From contig OZ241993.1 of assembly GCA_965204575.1 (NCBI GenBank), forward strand, positions 1,728,001-1,792,000: DNA of 64,000 bases, in the 5' to 3' direction. This DNA is from an uncultured candidatus Porisulfidus sp. Its GTDB lineage: Bacteria; Pseudomonadota; Gammaproteobacteria; Poriferisulfidales; Poriferisulfidaceae. The notes beneath the pieces are model-generated. The model saw only the letters and a list, made by a program, of their open reading frames with translations. It was not told the origin of the DNA and searched no databases. The position numbers and the translations under genes are program-made. Shown piece after piece: positions 1-10,507 of this stretch (positions are counted from its first letter, which is position 1; each line of letters starts with the position of its first letter).

Positions 1-822
1 CAGGCGCGGGCCAGTCTGGTCGCGCATCTGTTCTATGACATCCAGCAGTCCCAACACGTCATGGCCACCAACCGGCCCGAAATACTGCACGCCCAGTTCC
101 TCGAACAACATGCCCGCCGGCAAAATCATTCCCTTGAGCTGCCCTTCCACCCTCATCGCGAACTTTTTCACCCTTGGCACCGAACTCAGCATGCGTTGGC
201 CGGTTTCCCGCACCGAGGCGTACAGGCTCCCTGCCAGCAGGCGGGTCAGGTAACGGGACATGGCGCCCACATTCGGGGAAATCGACATCTCGTTGTCGTT
301 GAGGATCACCAGCACGTCTGCCTCGGAAACCCCCAGGTGGTTGAGCGCTTCGTAGGCCAGGCCGGCCGTCAGCCCGCCGTCCCCGATCACGGCCACCGAC
401 TTGCACGGTTTCCCCGCATTGCGGCTGGCCAATGCCATGCCCAGGGCCGCACTGATCGAGGTGCTGGAGTGCCCCACCCCGAAACTGTCGTAAGGGCTCT
501 CATGCCGTTCCGGGAACGGCGCCAGGCCCCCCCAGCGGCGAATCGTCTCCAACTGGTCGCGACGCCCCGTCAGGATCTTGTGGCCATAGCTCTGATGCCC
601 CACGTCCCAGACCAGCCAGTCTTCCGGCGTGTTGAACGCGTAGTGCAGGGCCACGGTCAATTCGATCGCGCCGAGGCTGGCCCCGAAGTGCCCCCCGCAG
701 CGGGCCACGCCCTGAATCAGGAATTCGCGAAGTTCGTCTGCAACCGCAGGGAGATTCTCGCGGTCCAGCGCGCGTAAATCAGCCGGGCTTTCGATCTTCG
801 ATAGGAAAGGGAAATCGTCCAC
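1..822 (-). CDS. dxs: 1-deoxy-D-xylulose-5-phosphate synthase, N-terminal part (runs off the window)
   Basis: Manual translation from GTG at 822: ...GGHFGASLGAIELTVALHYAFNTPEDWLVWDVGHQSYGHKILTGRR...GVGHSSTSISAALG...VIGDGGLTAGLAYEALN; not in the ORF track because there is no stop in the window. Confidence 0.96.
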   Translation of the reverse strand, partial: MDDFPFLSKIESPADLRALDRENLPAVADELREFLIQGVARCGGHFGASLGAIELTVALHYAFNTPEDWLVWDVGHQSYGHKILTGRRDQLETIRRWGGLAPFPERHESPYDSFGVGHSSTSISAALGMALASRNAGKPCKSVAVIGDGGLTAGLAYEALNHLGVSEADVLVILNDNEMSISPNVGAMSRYLTRLLAGSLYASVRETGQRMLSSVPRVKKFAMRVEGQLKGMILPAGMLFEELGVQYFGPVGGHDVLGLLDVIEQMRDQTGPRL

Positions 823-824
823 AA

Positions 825-1097
825 TCAGCCATCCTTGTCCTCGTCGTCATCCCCCATGAGGCCCATGGGTTGCGCGGCCGTCTCACCGCCTTCCTGTTCC
901 ACAATCTTGTCGACCCTCTGCTGCGCCTGGTCCAGGCGCTCGCGCAAGGTGCGCACCAAGGCAACGCCATGCTCGAAATCCTGCAGCGATTCTTCCAGCG
1001 AAACCTCACCGCTCTCCAGCCGTTCGACCAGATCCTCAAGTTGCTTGAGGGACTCCTCGAATGGAAAGACCTGCGGGTCGCTTGATTGATTCTTCAT
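825..1097 (-). CDS. xseB: Exodeoxyribonuclease VII small subunit
   Basis: FEESLKQLEDLVERLESGEVSLEESLQDFEHG motif; lies upstream of dxs. Confidence 0.95.
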   Translation of the reverse strand: MKNQSSDPQVFPFEESLKQLEDLVERLESGEVSLEESLQDFEHGVALVRTLRERLDQAQQRVDKIVEQEGGETAAQPMGLMGDDDEDKDG

Positions 1098-1156
1098 GCC
1101 TCGCCGCCATGAAATTGGGCTGCAGTTAGTTTATCATCGGGCGTGCGCCCGTTACA

Positions 1157-2125
1157 ATGGAAAAACAGAAATTGAATCCAGTCATGTCCAGGAAACCCGG
1201 CCCGAGCATCTACGCACTCGACGACTGGACCGTCCTCGCCGTCGGCGGCGCCGATGCCTCCGACTTCCTGCACGGCCAGTTCACCAACGACCTCCTGGCC
1301 TTGCCCGACAACCGGGCCCAGCTGTCCGCCTATTGCATGCCCAAGGGACAGATGATTGCCAACTTCCTGGTCTGGCGTACAAGCGGGAACCAGTACCGGA
1401 TCGCGCTTCCTTCGGGCCTCGACGAAGCCGTGCTGCAACGTTTGCAGTTGTTCAAGCTGCGCTCCAACGTCGAAATCGAATCTCTGGCGGAATCCTTTTC
1501 CCTGTTCGGCGTCACCGGATCCTACCTCGAGGACAACCCCGAATCCCCCGTTGAATTGCCCCGACCCCCCCTCGGCAAAATGGAGACCGACCCATACACC
1601 GCCATTGCCTGGCCCGGGCAACGCGCCCGATGGCTGGTGGTCAGCCCCCAGGATGCGACATCCACCCTGTGGGGGGGCGGCAAGGCTCCCGGTTCGGGCT
1701 CCGACCTGTGGCGTCTCTGGGATATCGAAGACGGGATTGCGTTCGTCCGCGCCGAGAACCGCGAGCAGTTCATCCCACAGCACCTGAACCTGGACCTGGT
1801 CGATGCGATCAGTTTCAGCAAGGGATGCTACCCCGGCCAGGAAGTCGTCGCGCGCATGAAATACCGTGGCCAGGTCAAGTTCCGCACCTACCGCCTGAGC
1901 GGCAACTGCGACGAGACCCCGGTCCCGGGTGACCCCATCCATCTGAGCGAGGATCCCGATGCCCGCCCCTGCGGGCGGGTGGTCGACGCGTGCGTCCCGC
2001 CCGACGGCGGACCGTGCCAGATGCTGGCCTCCGTCCGCGCAGCGGACGCCAGCCAGCCGCTTCGTGCGCAACGCCCGGACGGCCCCTCGCTGGAACCGCT
2101 CCCGCTCCCCTACCAGCTGACCTGA
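1157..2125 (+). CDS. ygfZ: Folate-binding Fe-S/tRNA-modification protein YgfZ
   Basis: Signature SFSKGCYPGQEVVAR; N-terminal GADASDFLHGQFTND; true start may be the second Met. Confidence 0.93.
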   Translation: MEKQKLNPVMSRKPGPSIYALDDWTVLAVGGADASDFLHGQFTNDLLALPDNRAQLSAYCMPKGQMIANFLVWRTSGNQYRIALPSGLDEAVLQRLQLFKLRSNVEIESLAESFSLFGVTGSYLEDNPESPVELPRPPLGKMETDPYTAIAWPGQRARWLVVSPQDATSTLWGGGKAPGSGSDLWRLWDIEDGIAFVRAENREQFIPQHLNLDLVDAISFSKGCYPGQEVVARMKYRGQVKFRTYRLSGNCDETPVPGDPIHLSEDPDARPCGRVVDACVPPDGGPCQMLASVRAADASQPLRAQRPDGPSLEPLPLPYQLT

Positions 2126-2135
2126 GGCGATTGAC

Positions 2136-2291
2136 ATGTCCCGGATGATGCTGATCCTGTACGTGGCGATCCTGCTGCTGATCGGCGGCTACATCCTGTT
2201 CAACCGCCAGCGCGACATCGGCATGCTTCTCTACATCCTCGGCGCGATCGCCGCCGGGCTGGCGATCATCGGTTTCCTGGAAATTATCTAG
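2136..2291 (+). CDS. Small (51 aa) two-TM membrane protein, unannotated
   Basis: MSRMMLILYVAILLLIGGYILFNRQRDIGMLLYILGAIAAGLAIIGFLEII; GAGG upstream, genome-like GC3 codons, fills the ygfZ-lysS gap. Confidence 0.75.
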   Translation: MSRMMLILYVAILLLIGGYILFNRQRDIGMLLYILGAIAAGLAIIGFLEII

Positions 2292-2297
2292 TTCGGA

Positions 2298-3794
2298 TCA
2301 GCCCGCTTCCGGGCGCATGTGCGGGAACAGCAGCACGTCGCGGATCGACGGCGCATCGCAGAAAAACATCACCAGCCGGTCGATGCCGATGCCAATCCCG
2401 GCCGTCGGCGGCATGCCGTATTCCAGGGCACGGATATAGTCGGCGTCGTAGTGCATCGCCTCCGGGTCGCCCGCATCCCGCCTCTCCACCTGCTCCCGGA
2501 ACCGCTCCGCCTGATCCTGCGGATCATTCAGCTCGGAAAATCCGTTCGCGATCTCCCGCCCGGCCACGAACAATTCAAAGCGGTCCACGAAATCAGGGTT
2601 ATGGTCGCAACGCCGCGCCAGCGGCGAGACTTCGAGCGGATACTCGGTCACAAACGTCGGCTGCTCCAGCTTCTCCTCCACCGACGACTCGAAAAGGTCG
2701 AACAGCAGCCCTCCCTCGCCCCGGTTTTTATCGACCTCTACGCCACTGTCCCGGCACAATCCGGCCAGTAGTTCCCGGTTGGACAGGTCGGACCGATCCA
2801 GGCTCGGATGATGCGCCAGCACCGCGTCGGTCAGCGTGGTGCGCTGGAAAGGCTGCTCCAGGTCGTATTCCCGGCCCTGGTAGGACACGGTCGTGCTGCC
2901 CAGCACGGACTGCGCCATCTCCCGCATCAATGCTTCCGCGAGGTTCATCAGGTCTTGGTAATCGGCGAACGCCTGGTACAACTCCATCATGGTGAATTCC
3001 GGGTTGTGCCGCGACGACACCCCTTCGTTGCGGAAGCTGCGGTTGATTTCGAACACCTTCTCGAACCCCCCCACCACCAGGCGCTTGAGGTACAACTCGG
3101 GCGCGACGCGCAGGTACAGGTCCTGGTGCAACACGTTGTGGTGCGTCACGAAGGGACGCGCCGTCGCGCCGCCTGCGATCGAATGCATCATGGGGGTCTC
3201 GACTTCCAGAAATTCGCGCTGCTCCAGTTGCTGCCGCAGGCAGTTGAGCAACTGGCTGCGTTTCTGGAACACGCCCCGGGCCTCGCTGTTCATGATCAGG
3301 TCCACGTGACGCTGCCGGTAACGCTGTTCGATATCCGTCAATCCGTGGTATTTCTCCGGCAACGGCCGCAGGGACTTACTCAGCAGCCGCACTTCCTGCA
3401 CGTCCACCGACAGCTCCCCGGTCTTGGTCTTCATCAGGACGCCCTGCGCCCCGACGATGTCGCCGATGTCCCAAGTCTTGAAGTCCGCGTAGTCCGATTC
3501 GCCCAGCCCGTCGCGGCGCACCAGCAACTGAATTCGCCCCGTCCGGTCCTGCACATGCGCGAACGCGGACTTGCCCATCACGCGCTGGCTCATCAACCGT
3601 CCCCCCAGGGCCACGCTCACCTGGCCGCCGGTCAACTCCTCCGCCGTCTGCTCCGCATGCGCCTCCTGCAACTCCTGCGCCGCATGCGTGGGCCGGAAAT
3701 CATTCGGATACGCCCAGCCGGACGTCCGCAGTTCCTGCAGCTTCTCCTGACGCTGCGCGAGCAGGCGCTCTTCGCCGGTTTTCGCCTTGGCCAT
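2298..3794 (-). CDS. lysS: Lysine--tRNA ligase
   Basis: [46 protein letters not shown]; follows prfB. Confidence 0.98.
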   Translation of the reverse strand: MAKAKTGEERLLAQRQEKLQELRTSGWAYPNDFRPTHAAQELQEAHAEQTAEELTGGQVSVALGGRLMSQRVMGKSAFAHVQDRTGRIQLLVRRDGLGESDYADFKTWDIGDIVGAQGVLMKTKTGELSVDVQEVRLLSKSLRPLPEKYHGLTDIEQRYRQRHVDLIMNSEARGVFQKRSQLLNCLRQQLEQREFLEVETPMMHSIAGGATARPFVTHHNVLHQDLYLRVAPELYLKRLVVGGFEKVFEINRSFRNEGVSSRHNPEFTMMELYQAFADYQDLMNLAEALMREMAQSVLGSTTVSYQGREYDLEQPFQRTTLTDAVLAHHPSLDRSDLSNRELLAGLCRDSGVEVDKNRGEGGLLFDLFESSVEEKLEQPTFVTEYPLEVSPLARRCDHNPDFVDRFELFVAGREIANGFSELNDPQDQAERFREQVERRDAGDPEAMHYDADYIRALEYGMPPTAGIGIGIDRLVMFFCDAPSIRDVLLFPHMRPEAG

Positions 3795-4889
3795 TACAAC
3801 CCCGCCTTGAGACTGGCTTCCAGGAAAGCGTCGAGGTCGCCATCCAATACGACCTGCGGCGTGCCGGTCTCGACCTGGGTGCGCAGGTCCTTGATTCGCG
3901 ACTGGTCCAGCACGTAGGAACGGATCTGGCTGCCCCAGCCGATATCGGCCTTCTCTCCGGCACTCTGCTGCTCGGCTTCACGCCGCTTCTGCTCTTCCAG
4001 CTGGTAGAGCTTGGCCCGCAACTGCCGCATCGCCATCTCCTTGTTCTTGTGCTGTGAGCGACTATTCTGACATTGTGTGACCACGCCGCTCGGAAGATGC
4101 GTGAGCCGCACCGCCGATTCGGTCTTGTTGACGTGCTGCCCACCGGCCCCGCTGGCCCGGTACACGTCGACCCTCAGGTCGCTCGGGTCGATTTCGATTT
4201 CGATCTCGTCGCTGACCACCGGCGAGACCACCACCGCCGCGAACGAGGTATGCCGGCGGTTGCCGGAATCGAACGGCGACTTGCGCACCAAGCGATGCAC
4301 GCCGGTCTCCGTGCGCAGCCAGCCGTAGCAATAGTCGCCGGTGTACTTGATGGTCGCACTCTTGATTCCCGCCACTTCGCCCGCCGAGGCGGCGATCAAC
4401 TCAGTCCCGTAGCCGCGCTTCTCCCCCCAGCGCAGGTACATGCGCAACAGCATCTCGGCCCAGTCCTGCGCCTCGGTGCCGCCGGAACCGGCCTGGATGT
4501 CAAGAAAAGCGTCGCCGGCGTCGAACCGCCCGGAAAACATGCGCTGGAACTCGAGGTCATGCACCCGTTTCGCACAGCCCCGGATATCCGACGCCAAGGC
4601 CGCCATTGTGTCCTCGTCCTGCTCCTCCAGGGCGAGGTCCAGCAACTCCCCGCTGTCGCGCAGGGAGTCTCCGAGATCGTCGAGCGTCAGCACGACAAAC
4701 TCCAGGCGGGCACGCGCCTGGCCCAGTTCGCGCGCCTGGTCCGGATCCTTCCAGATTTCGGGGTTTTCCAGTTGCTGCTTTATTTCGTCCAGCTGGCGGC
4801 GTTTGCCGTCGAGGTCAAAGATACCCCCTAAGCGCATCCACCCGCTGTGTCAGGTCACGCAACTGTTCCGGCAGAGAGAGTTCTTCCAT
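3794..4889 (-). CDS. prfB: Peptide chain release factor 2, translated through a programmed +1 frameshift
   Basis: ATG at 4889 gives [24 protein letters not shown] then CTT TGA C; downstream frame has the SPF and GAGGQHVN motifs. Confidence 0.97.
4814..4829 (-). promoter_or_regulatory. prfB +1 frameshift signal (internal SD AGGGGG-TAT-CTTTGAC)
   Basis: Minus strand reads AGGGGG TAT CTT TGA C, the canonical RF2 autoregulatory site. Confidence 0.96.
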
Positions 4890-4913
4890 AGTCAGGGCCT
4901 CGCAGGCCGCGGA

Positions 4914-6176
4914 TTATACGCGGATTTGTCCGTCGCCGTAGACTACGAACTTCTGGCTGGTCAGCCCTTCCAGTCCGACCGGCCCGCGAGCGTGCAACTT
5001 GTCCGTGCTGATCCCGATCTCCGCACCCAGTCCGTACTCGAATCCGTCCGCGAACCGGGTCGAGGCATTCAGCATCACGGAGCTGGAATCCACCTCGCGC
5101 ATGAACCGCTTCGCCCGCTCCTCGTCCTCAGTGACAATGGCATCGGTATGGTGCGAACCGTATTTCGCGATGTGATCCATCGCTTCGTCGAGGCCTGCGA
5201 CCACCCGCACCGACAGAATCGGCGACAGGTACTCCTCGGCCCAGTCCTCCTCGGCCGCCGGGACGGCCTGCTCCAGCAAATCGCAAGTACGGGGACAGCC
5301 CCGAATCTCCACCCCATGCTCAGCGTAGGCGTCGCCCAGGGTCGGCAGCAATTCTTCGGCACGGGACTCCGCGACCAGCAGGGTTTCCATTGCATTGCAG
5401 ACGCCGTAGCGCTGGGTCTTGGCGTTCACGGCAATGCGGATCGCCTGGTCCCGGTCTGCGGCATCGTCGATGTACACGTGGCATACGCCATGCAGATGCT
5501 TGAGGATCGGAATATGGGTATTGTCGTGAACCCGTTTGATCAGGTCCGTCCCGCCCCGGGGGATGATCAGATCCACCCATTCGTCCATCTTGAGCAGCGC
5601 GTCGATCGCGGCCCGGTCCGTGGTCGGCAGCAACTGCGCGCCTTCCGGAGGCAGCGAAGCCTGGCGCAGGCCTTCCTGCAGGCACTCTACCAGCGCCTGG
5701 CTAGAACGGTACGACTCGGAGCCGCCGCGCAAAATGACCGCATTGCCAGACTTGATGCACAATCCGCCCGCTTCCACTGTCACGCCGGGACGGGCCTCGT
5801 AAATCATGCCGATGACCCCGATCGGCACCCGCATCCGCCCGACCTTCAGGCCATTGGACCGATCCTGCATGTCCGAGATCCGGCCCAAGAGGTCCGGCAA
5901 CTCGGCAATATGCTCCAGTTCCACCGCCAGCCCCTCAATCCGCGATTCATCCAGTGCCAGGCGGTCGATGAACGCATCGTCCCGATGCGGCCTCGCGGCT
6001 TCCACGTCTTCCGTGTTGGCTTCAATGATCGCGCCCGCACGCTCCCGGATCAGGCCGGCCGTGGTTCGCATGACCTGGTTGCGCGCCTCCGTGCTGGAAG
6101 CCGCAACGACCCGCCCGGCCGCTCGCGCGGCCTGACCCAGTCCGGCAATCCGGGCGTCCAGATTTTCCTCAGGCAT
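4914..6176 (-). CDS. proA: Gamma-glutamyl phosphate reductase
   Basis: PIGVIGMIYEARP, VCNAMETLLV, NASTRFADGFEYGLGAEIGIST. Confidence 0.97.
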   Translation of the reverse strand: MPEENLDARIAGLGQAARAAGRVVAASSTEARNQVMRTTAGLIRERAGAIIEANTEDVEAARPHRDDAFIDRLALDESRIEGLAVELEHIAELPDLLGRISDMQDRSNGLKVGRMRVPIGVIGMIYEARPGVTVEAGGLCIKSGNAVILRGGSESYRSSQALVECLQEGLRQASLPPEGAQLLPTTDRAAIDALLKMDEWVDLIIPRGGTDLIKRVHDNTHIPILKHLHGVCHVYIDDAADRDQAIRIAVNAKTQRYGVCNAMETLLVAESRAEELLPTLGDAYAEHGVEIRGCPRTCDLLEQAVPAAEEDWAEEYLSPILSVRVVAGLDEAMDHIAKYGSHHTDAIVTEDEERAKRFMREVDSSSVMLNASTRFADGFEYGLGAEIGISTDKLHARGPVGLEGLTSQKFVVYGDGQIRV

Positions 6177-7185
6177 GGTCGGAGACTCCCTGTACAGGCA
6201 ACAATCGATCCTTTCCTGAAAAAGCCAGGCAGGCGTTCTGGATGGCGGGCCACGGGCTTTCCGGCCCCTGTCCCTTGACCACCCGTTCCAGGTGGATGAA
6301 GCGTTTCAGTATAGCGCGAAAATGCCCCTGAGAGTGCTGGTTCAGGGCTCTTTTCAGCAGGTCGCGGCGAGTGAACGGGAAAATCGAGTCCAGTCCGGAC
6401 GGCTGGCGGCTCAAGGCGAGCAACTGTCGGATCTCACGCATCAGCATGGCATGCGTCGTGACCGGGTCGTGACCCTCGCTCTCCAGGTTCCGCGCCACGC
6501 TGATGATGCGGCGTCCCCGGCCCTGCAGCATGGCCATGGCCAGATCCATCGCCTCGTAGCGGGCGTCCTGCCCCAGGGACTGCTGCAAGGACTCCATCGA
6601 GACCGACCCCGGCCCGTTCAGGATGTGCAGCTTGTGCAATTCCTGCTCGGCCGCCAGCAGGTTGCCCTCCACGCAGGACAGGAAATAATCCGTCTCGAAG
6701 CTGTCCATCTCCAGCTCGCGCTTTCGAAGCGCCCCCTGCAACCACTGCCGGGTCTCTCCTTCGTCCATCGGCATGATCCGCACGATCAGGCCGATCTTGT
6801 CTATGGCGCGCACCCACGCCTCGTTCAAGGCCCGATTGTCCAACCGCGGCACCTGCAGGGTAATCAGGCTACCCTCCGGGGACTGTTCGCACCATTCCTT
6901 GAGCCGGGCTTTCGCCGTCGCGTCCGGCTTGCCGCTCAGCACCCGCATGTCGAGCATGGCCTGGTCCCCGAACAGGGACGGGCTGCACAGCGTCGGCAGT
7001 TCCTCCCAGGCAAAGCCCCGCTCGATGATCCGCAGTTCACGGCGATCAAAGCCTTCCTGCTTCGCCCGCTGGCGAATCATCCGTGCCGCATCCCGCATCT
7101 GCACCGGCTCGTCCCCGGTAATCAGGTACACCGGCAGGAGCGGCCCGTCCAGGACCTCGCGGAGTTTTCGAAAGTAGACTTTCAC
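6169..7185 (-). CDS. holA: DNA polymerase III delta subunit
   Basis: LLPVYLITGDEP, SLFG, EGNLLAAEQELHKL; holA-proA synteny. Confidence 0.92.
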   Translation of the reverse strand: MKVYFRKLREVLDGPLLPVYLITGDEPVQMRDAARMIRQRAKQEGFDRRELRIIERGFAWEELPTLCSPSLFGDQAMLDMRVLSGKPDATAKARLKEWCEQSPEGSLITLQVPRLDNRALNEAWVRAIDKIGLIVRIMPMDEGETRQWLQGALRKRELEMDSFETDYFLSCVEGNLLAAEQELHKLHILNGPGSVSMESLQQSLGQDARYEAMDLAMAMLQGRGRRIISVARNLESEGHDPVTTHAMLMREIRQLLALSRQPSGLDSIFPFTRRDLLKRALNQHSQGHFRAILKRFIHLERVVKGQGPESPWPAIQNACLAFSGKDRLLPVQGVSDHA

Positions 7186-7229
7186 GATGCGGGTATGATG
7201 CGTTCGTATTGTAAAGGGAACAAAACCCC

Positions 7230-8117
7230 ATGAGTGAACTTTCCATCGGCTGGGTCGGCCCCGGAATCATGGGCCGCCCGATGGTTCTCAACCTGCTGCA
7301 CGCCGGCTATCCGGTCAAGGCATTTGCGCGTCGGCCCGAACAGTTAGAGCCCCTAATCGGGGCTGGCGCCACAACCGGAGATACCCCGGCTGAAGTCAGC
7401 GCGGCAACCGACCTGACCATCGTCATGGTGGCGGACACCCCGGACATGCTGGAAGTCGTGACGGGGGACAATGGGATCGAAAAAGGCGCCCAACCTGGCC
7501 ACATCGTGGTCGACATGAGCACCGTCTCGCCGACCGAAACGCGGACTGTAGCCCAACAATTGGAAGCAAAAGGCATCGCCATGCTGGACGCCCCGGTATC
7601 CGGCGGCGAAACCGGAGCCATCGACGGCACTCTCTCGATCATGGTCGGCGGGCCGGCAGAAACCTTTGATCGCGTCCGGCCGGTATTCGAGGTGCTGGGG
7701 GGGCAGGTGCGTCTAATCGGTGATGCCGGAGCCGGACAAGTGGCCAAAGCCTGCAACCAGTTGCTCGTGGCTCAGACGATGGCGGCGGTGGCAGAGGCTT
7801 TCCTGCTGGCGGAATCAAGCGGCGTGAGCCGCGAACAAGTGCGCGACGCTCTGCTTGGCGGATTTGCCTACAGCCGCATCCTGGAAGTCCACGGGCAACG
7901 CATGCTGACCGGCGACTACCAGCCGGGCTTCAAGGCCGAACTGCATCTCAAGGATCTTCGCATCGTGGACCGGGAGGCTCGGGAGACCGGCATCTCCCTG
8001 TCCGGTGCGAAAGACGCGCTGCACCTGATGGAGCAATTGGTCGAGCAAGGTGATGGCGGTTTGGATTCCGCCGCTCTGGCGAAAATGGTGCGCCAGCGCG
8101 CCCTGAAGAAAGGCTGA
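7230..8117 (+). CDS. 2-hydroxy-3-oxopropionate reductase / beta-hydroxyacid dehydrogenase family
   Basis: GWVGPGIMGRPM Rossmann motif, LDAPVSGG, GAGQVAKACNQ, FKAELHLKDL. Confidence 0.9.
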   Translation: MSELSIGWVGPGIMGRPMVLNLLHAGYPVKAFARRPEQLEPLIGAGATTGDTPAEVSAATDLTIVMVADTPDMLEVVTGDNGIEKGAQPGHIVVDMSTVSPTETRTVAQQLEAKGIAMLDAPVSGGETGAIDGTLSIMVGGPAETFDRVRPVFEVLGGQVRLIGDAGAGQVAKACNQLLVAQTMAAVAEAFLLAESSGVSREQVRDALLGGFAYSRILEVHGQRMLTGDYQPGFKAELHLKDLRIVDREARETGISLSGAKDALHLMEQLVEQGDGGLDSAALAKMVRQRALKKG

Positions 8118-8135
8118 ACCTGAAGCTTCATTCGC

Positions 8136-8459
8136 ATGGACAGAGTCGAAGAAGGGATTCTGGACAGCGTCTCAGTTATCGACGAGGCGCTCAGAGAGAT
8201 GAGGCGAATCATGTCGCAAGACTCGGGCATGCCGGTAGCAAGCCCTGTCGTGGCAATCGACGAAGTCGCCGAATGGTTGATCGAAGACGGGGAATGGCGC
8301 GAAGAAGTAAAGGATTTGGTGTTCGGTCTGCTGGCGAGAGAAATCGTTGGAGAAGAGGCCCTAGAGTGCCCGGATGAGAGAAATCGTGAGATCGTCGACC
8401 ATCACGACGACATCATCGAAGTGATGCAACTCGTCGTGGACTCCGTCAACGAATTGTGA
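8136..8459 (+). CDS. Very acidic hypothetical protein (107 aa)
   Basis: Open ORF right after the dehydrogenase; about 30 D/E versus 9 K/R by hand count. Confidence 0.6.
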   Translation: MDRVEEGILDSVSVIDEALREMRRIMSQDSGMPVASPVVAIDEVAEWLIEDGEWREEVKDLVFGLLAREIVGEEALECPDERNREIVDHHDDIIEVMQLVVDSVNEL

Positions 8460-8629
8460 ATTAAAACATTCTCTCTGACGAATCCCACCAGACTCTCGAA
8501 AAGTCGACAACTCATACAATACCGGGCTAGTTCGACACCTCCAAGCGCCACCTATCACTTACGGAAATCCGAGCACCATAGCCAAACGGATCATTCATCC
8601 GTCTACGAGGTCCGATCAATATCGGTGGT

Positions 8630-9238
8630 TCAAAAAACCGGATCAAGCGATAGAAGCAATCGTTCACCAGCTTCATGGGGAGATCGGTGAACGACACCGC
8701 TAAAGCAATCGTTCCACGCGCCACCCTTCAGTAACGACCAGTGACCTGTGGTCAATTGCTGGATCTGCCGGTTCGCCTGGATGGGAGGTGCCGTGGTTTC
8801 GAGATCGGCGAAAACAGCCCAATCGACATCGCTGTTGGGAATCCATTCCGTGCCCACTCCGCTGAGCGTGATCAACATGCGGCAAGGGATACGATCCACA
8901 TGGAATCGCGGGCACATAGGAGCGCTCAGTGTATCGAGTCGAACACCGACCCGTTCACAGCCCATAAGTTCGCCCAGCATTTCGCTGGCCTCAGCGATTT
9001 GATCGAGCAGCGCAGAATGTACGTCGGCGTCGATGGTCGCGGGCAGCTGACTCGCCGGGGCTTCGGGATCATCCGCAGGCTGGACCCATCGTAATCGCGG
9101 AACCTGGCGCGAACGGATCAATCGCCTTGATAAGGCTTCACAGGTGCTCGCTTGTGGGCGCGCCACGCTGACGATTTCCACATCCTCATCGTAGATCGCT
9201 GCAAAGTCGCCCAGCTGACCACTGATTACCTGGCGCAT
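8630..9238 (-). CDS. DUF1826 family protein
   Basis: MCPRFHVDRIPCRMLITLSGVGTEW, LLKG, VHRSP, RLLLSLD; TGATG coupling to the upstream COG0523 gene. Confidence 0.85.
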   Translation of the reverse strand: MRQVISGQLGDFAAIYDEDVEIVSVARPQASTCEALSRRLIRSRQVPRLRWVQPADDPEAPASQLPATIDADVHSALLDQIAEASEMLGELMGCERVGVRLDTLSAPMCPRFHVDRIPCRMLITLSGVGTEWIPNSDVDWAVFADLETTAPPIQANRQIQQLTTGHWSLLKGGAWNDCFSGVVHRSPHEAGERLLLSLDPVF

Positions 9239-10467
9239 CAGACGTCTGCCTCCCCTACTTCGCGGATCCATCGCGGGAAAGGGTCCGGGAACTGTTTCCA
9301 GCTATCCGGACCGGCAGCAAGTTCTTCCTCATTTAGAAGGCATGCATCCAATGCTCGGCTGGCTTGTTCTTCGTCAAGTCCTTGTCCAATGAAGACAATC
9401 TCCTGACGCCGGTCACCGTAAGGCGGCTCGAACTTGCTTTCGATCGCCGCTCTATGTTCCATGTGATCAGGCCACTGATCCTCAGGCATCGCTGCCCAGA
9501 ACAGGCCTGCAAATCCGTGATTCATGATACCGCCTGCCTGAGACCATGCACCCACTTGATCGAAGCGTGAAGCCAACCAGAAGTAACCTTTTGATCGAAC
9601 AAGGTTGCCGTGGCGCCAACCCTTTACGAGAAAGTCATAGAGTCGCTGAGGGTGAAACGGCTTGCGCGCCTGGTAGACGAAGCTACCGATGCCGTATTCC
9701 TCGGTCTCCGGCACGTGTTCGCCACGAAGTTCCGCCAGCCAGCCAGGCGCGTTCGCGGCCTCGGCCATATCAAACTTGCTTGTGCCAAGAATGGCGGCTG
9801 GCTCAATCTCTCCGTGGTCCGCGACGAGTACCTCGGCACTGGGATTCAAGCGACGGAGCGTGGCAAGCAGCTCGTCAGTTTGAGAGGGATTGAGCAAATC
9901 GGTTTTTGTCACCACGATGACATTACTGAACTCGACCTGGTCAATGAGGAGAGCGGCGATATTGCGTTCGTCGTCCTCGCCGACCTCCATGTTCTTGTCT
10001 TTTAGGCTTTCAGCCTCGGCCATTAGCCGTGGAAAATTGTAAGCGTCGACGACGGTAACCATGGTGTCGAGCTGGGCTACCGAGGACAGCGAGCGGCCTA
10101 TTTCATCCTTGAACGTAAATGTTTCCGCCACGGGTAACGGCTCAGAGACACCGCTCGATTCGATGAGGAGGTAATCGAACCGTTGCTCATCCGCAAGGCG
10201 CGCGACCTCGACGAGCAGGTCCTCCCTGAGCGTGCAGCAGATGCAGCCGTTAGTCATCTCGACAAGCTTCTCATCCACTTGCTGGAGTGACACATTTTCT
10301 CGGAGGAGATCAGCGTCGATGTTGACCTCTCCCATGTCGTTCACAATGACCGCAACCCGCAGGCCTTCGCGATTGTTGAGAACATGATTCATGAGCGTCG
10401 TTTTGCCAGATCCAAGAAACCCTGACAACACGGTTACGGGTAGAGGTGAGCCCAAGTCTGCCTCCAA
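9238..10467 (-). CDS. COG0523 (ZigA/YciC-type) zinc metallochaperone GTPase
   Basis: LSGFLGSGKTT, NGCICCTLREDL (CxCC), IESSGVSEP, RSKGYFWLA, GDRRQEIVFIG. Confidence 0.93.
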   Translation of the reverse strand: MEADLGSPLPVTVLSGFLGSGKTTLMNHVLNNREGLRVAVIVNDMGEVNIDADLLRENVSLQQVDEKLVEMTNGCICCTLREDLLVEVARLADEQRFDYLLIESSGVSEPLPVAETFTFKDEIGRSLSSVAQLDTMVTVVDAYNFPRLMAEAESLKDKNMEVGEDDERNIAALLIDQVEFSNVIVVTKTDLLNPSQTDELLATLRRLNPSAEVLVADHGEIEPAAILGTSKFDMAEAANAPGWLAELRGEHVPETEEYGIGSFVYQARKPFHPQRLYDFLVKGWRHGNLVRSKGYFWLASRFDQVGAWSQAGGIMNHGFAGLFWAAMPEDQWPDHMEHRAAIESKFEPPYGDRRQEIVFIGQGLDEEQASRALDACLLNEEELAAGPDSWKQFPDPFPRWIREVGEADV

Positions 10468-10485
10468 ATAGTAGTTAAGTTCAAA

Positions 10486-10507
10486 GAATAGTTATGTTAT
10501 AACATTC
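10486..10507 (-). promoter_or_regulatory. Putative Zur box upstream of the COG0523-DUF1826 operon
   Basis: Minus strand GAATGTTATAACATAACTATTC resembles the gammaproteobacterial consensus AAATGTTATAwTATAACATTT, about 20 bp upstream of the start. Confidence 0.75.

Noticed and set aside
8523-8552. attR-like tRNA 3' remnant (GTTCGACACCTCCAAGCGCCACC)
   Set aside because: Does not match the tRNA-Ser 3' end and is on the opposite strand
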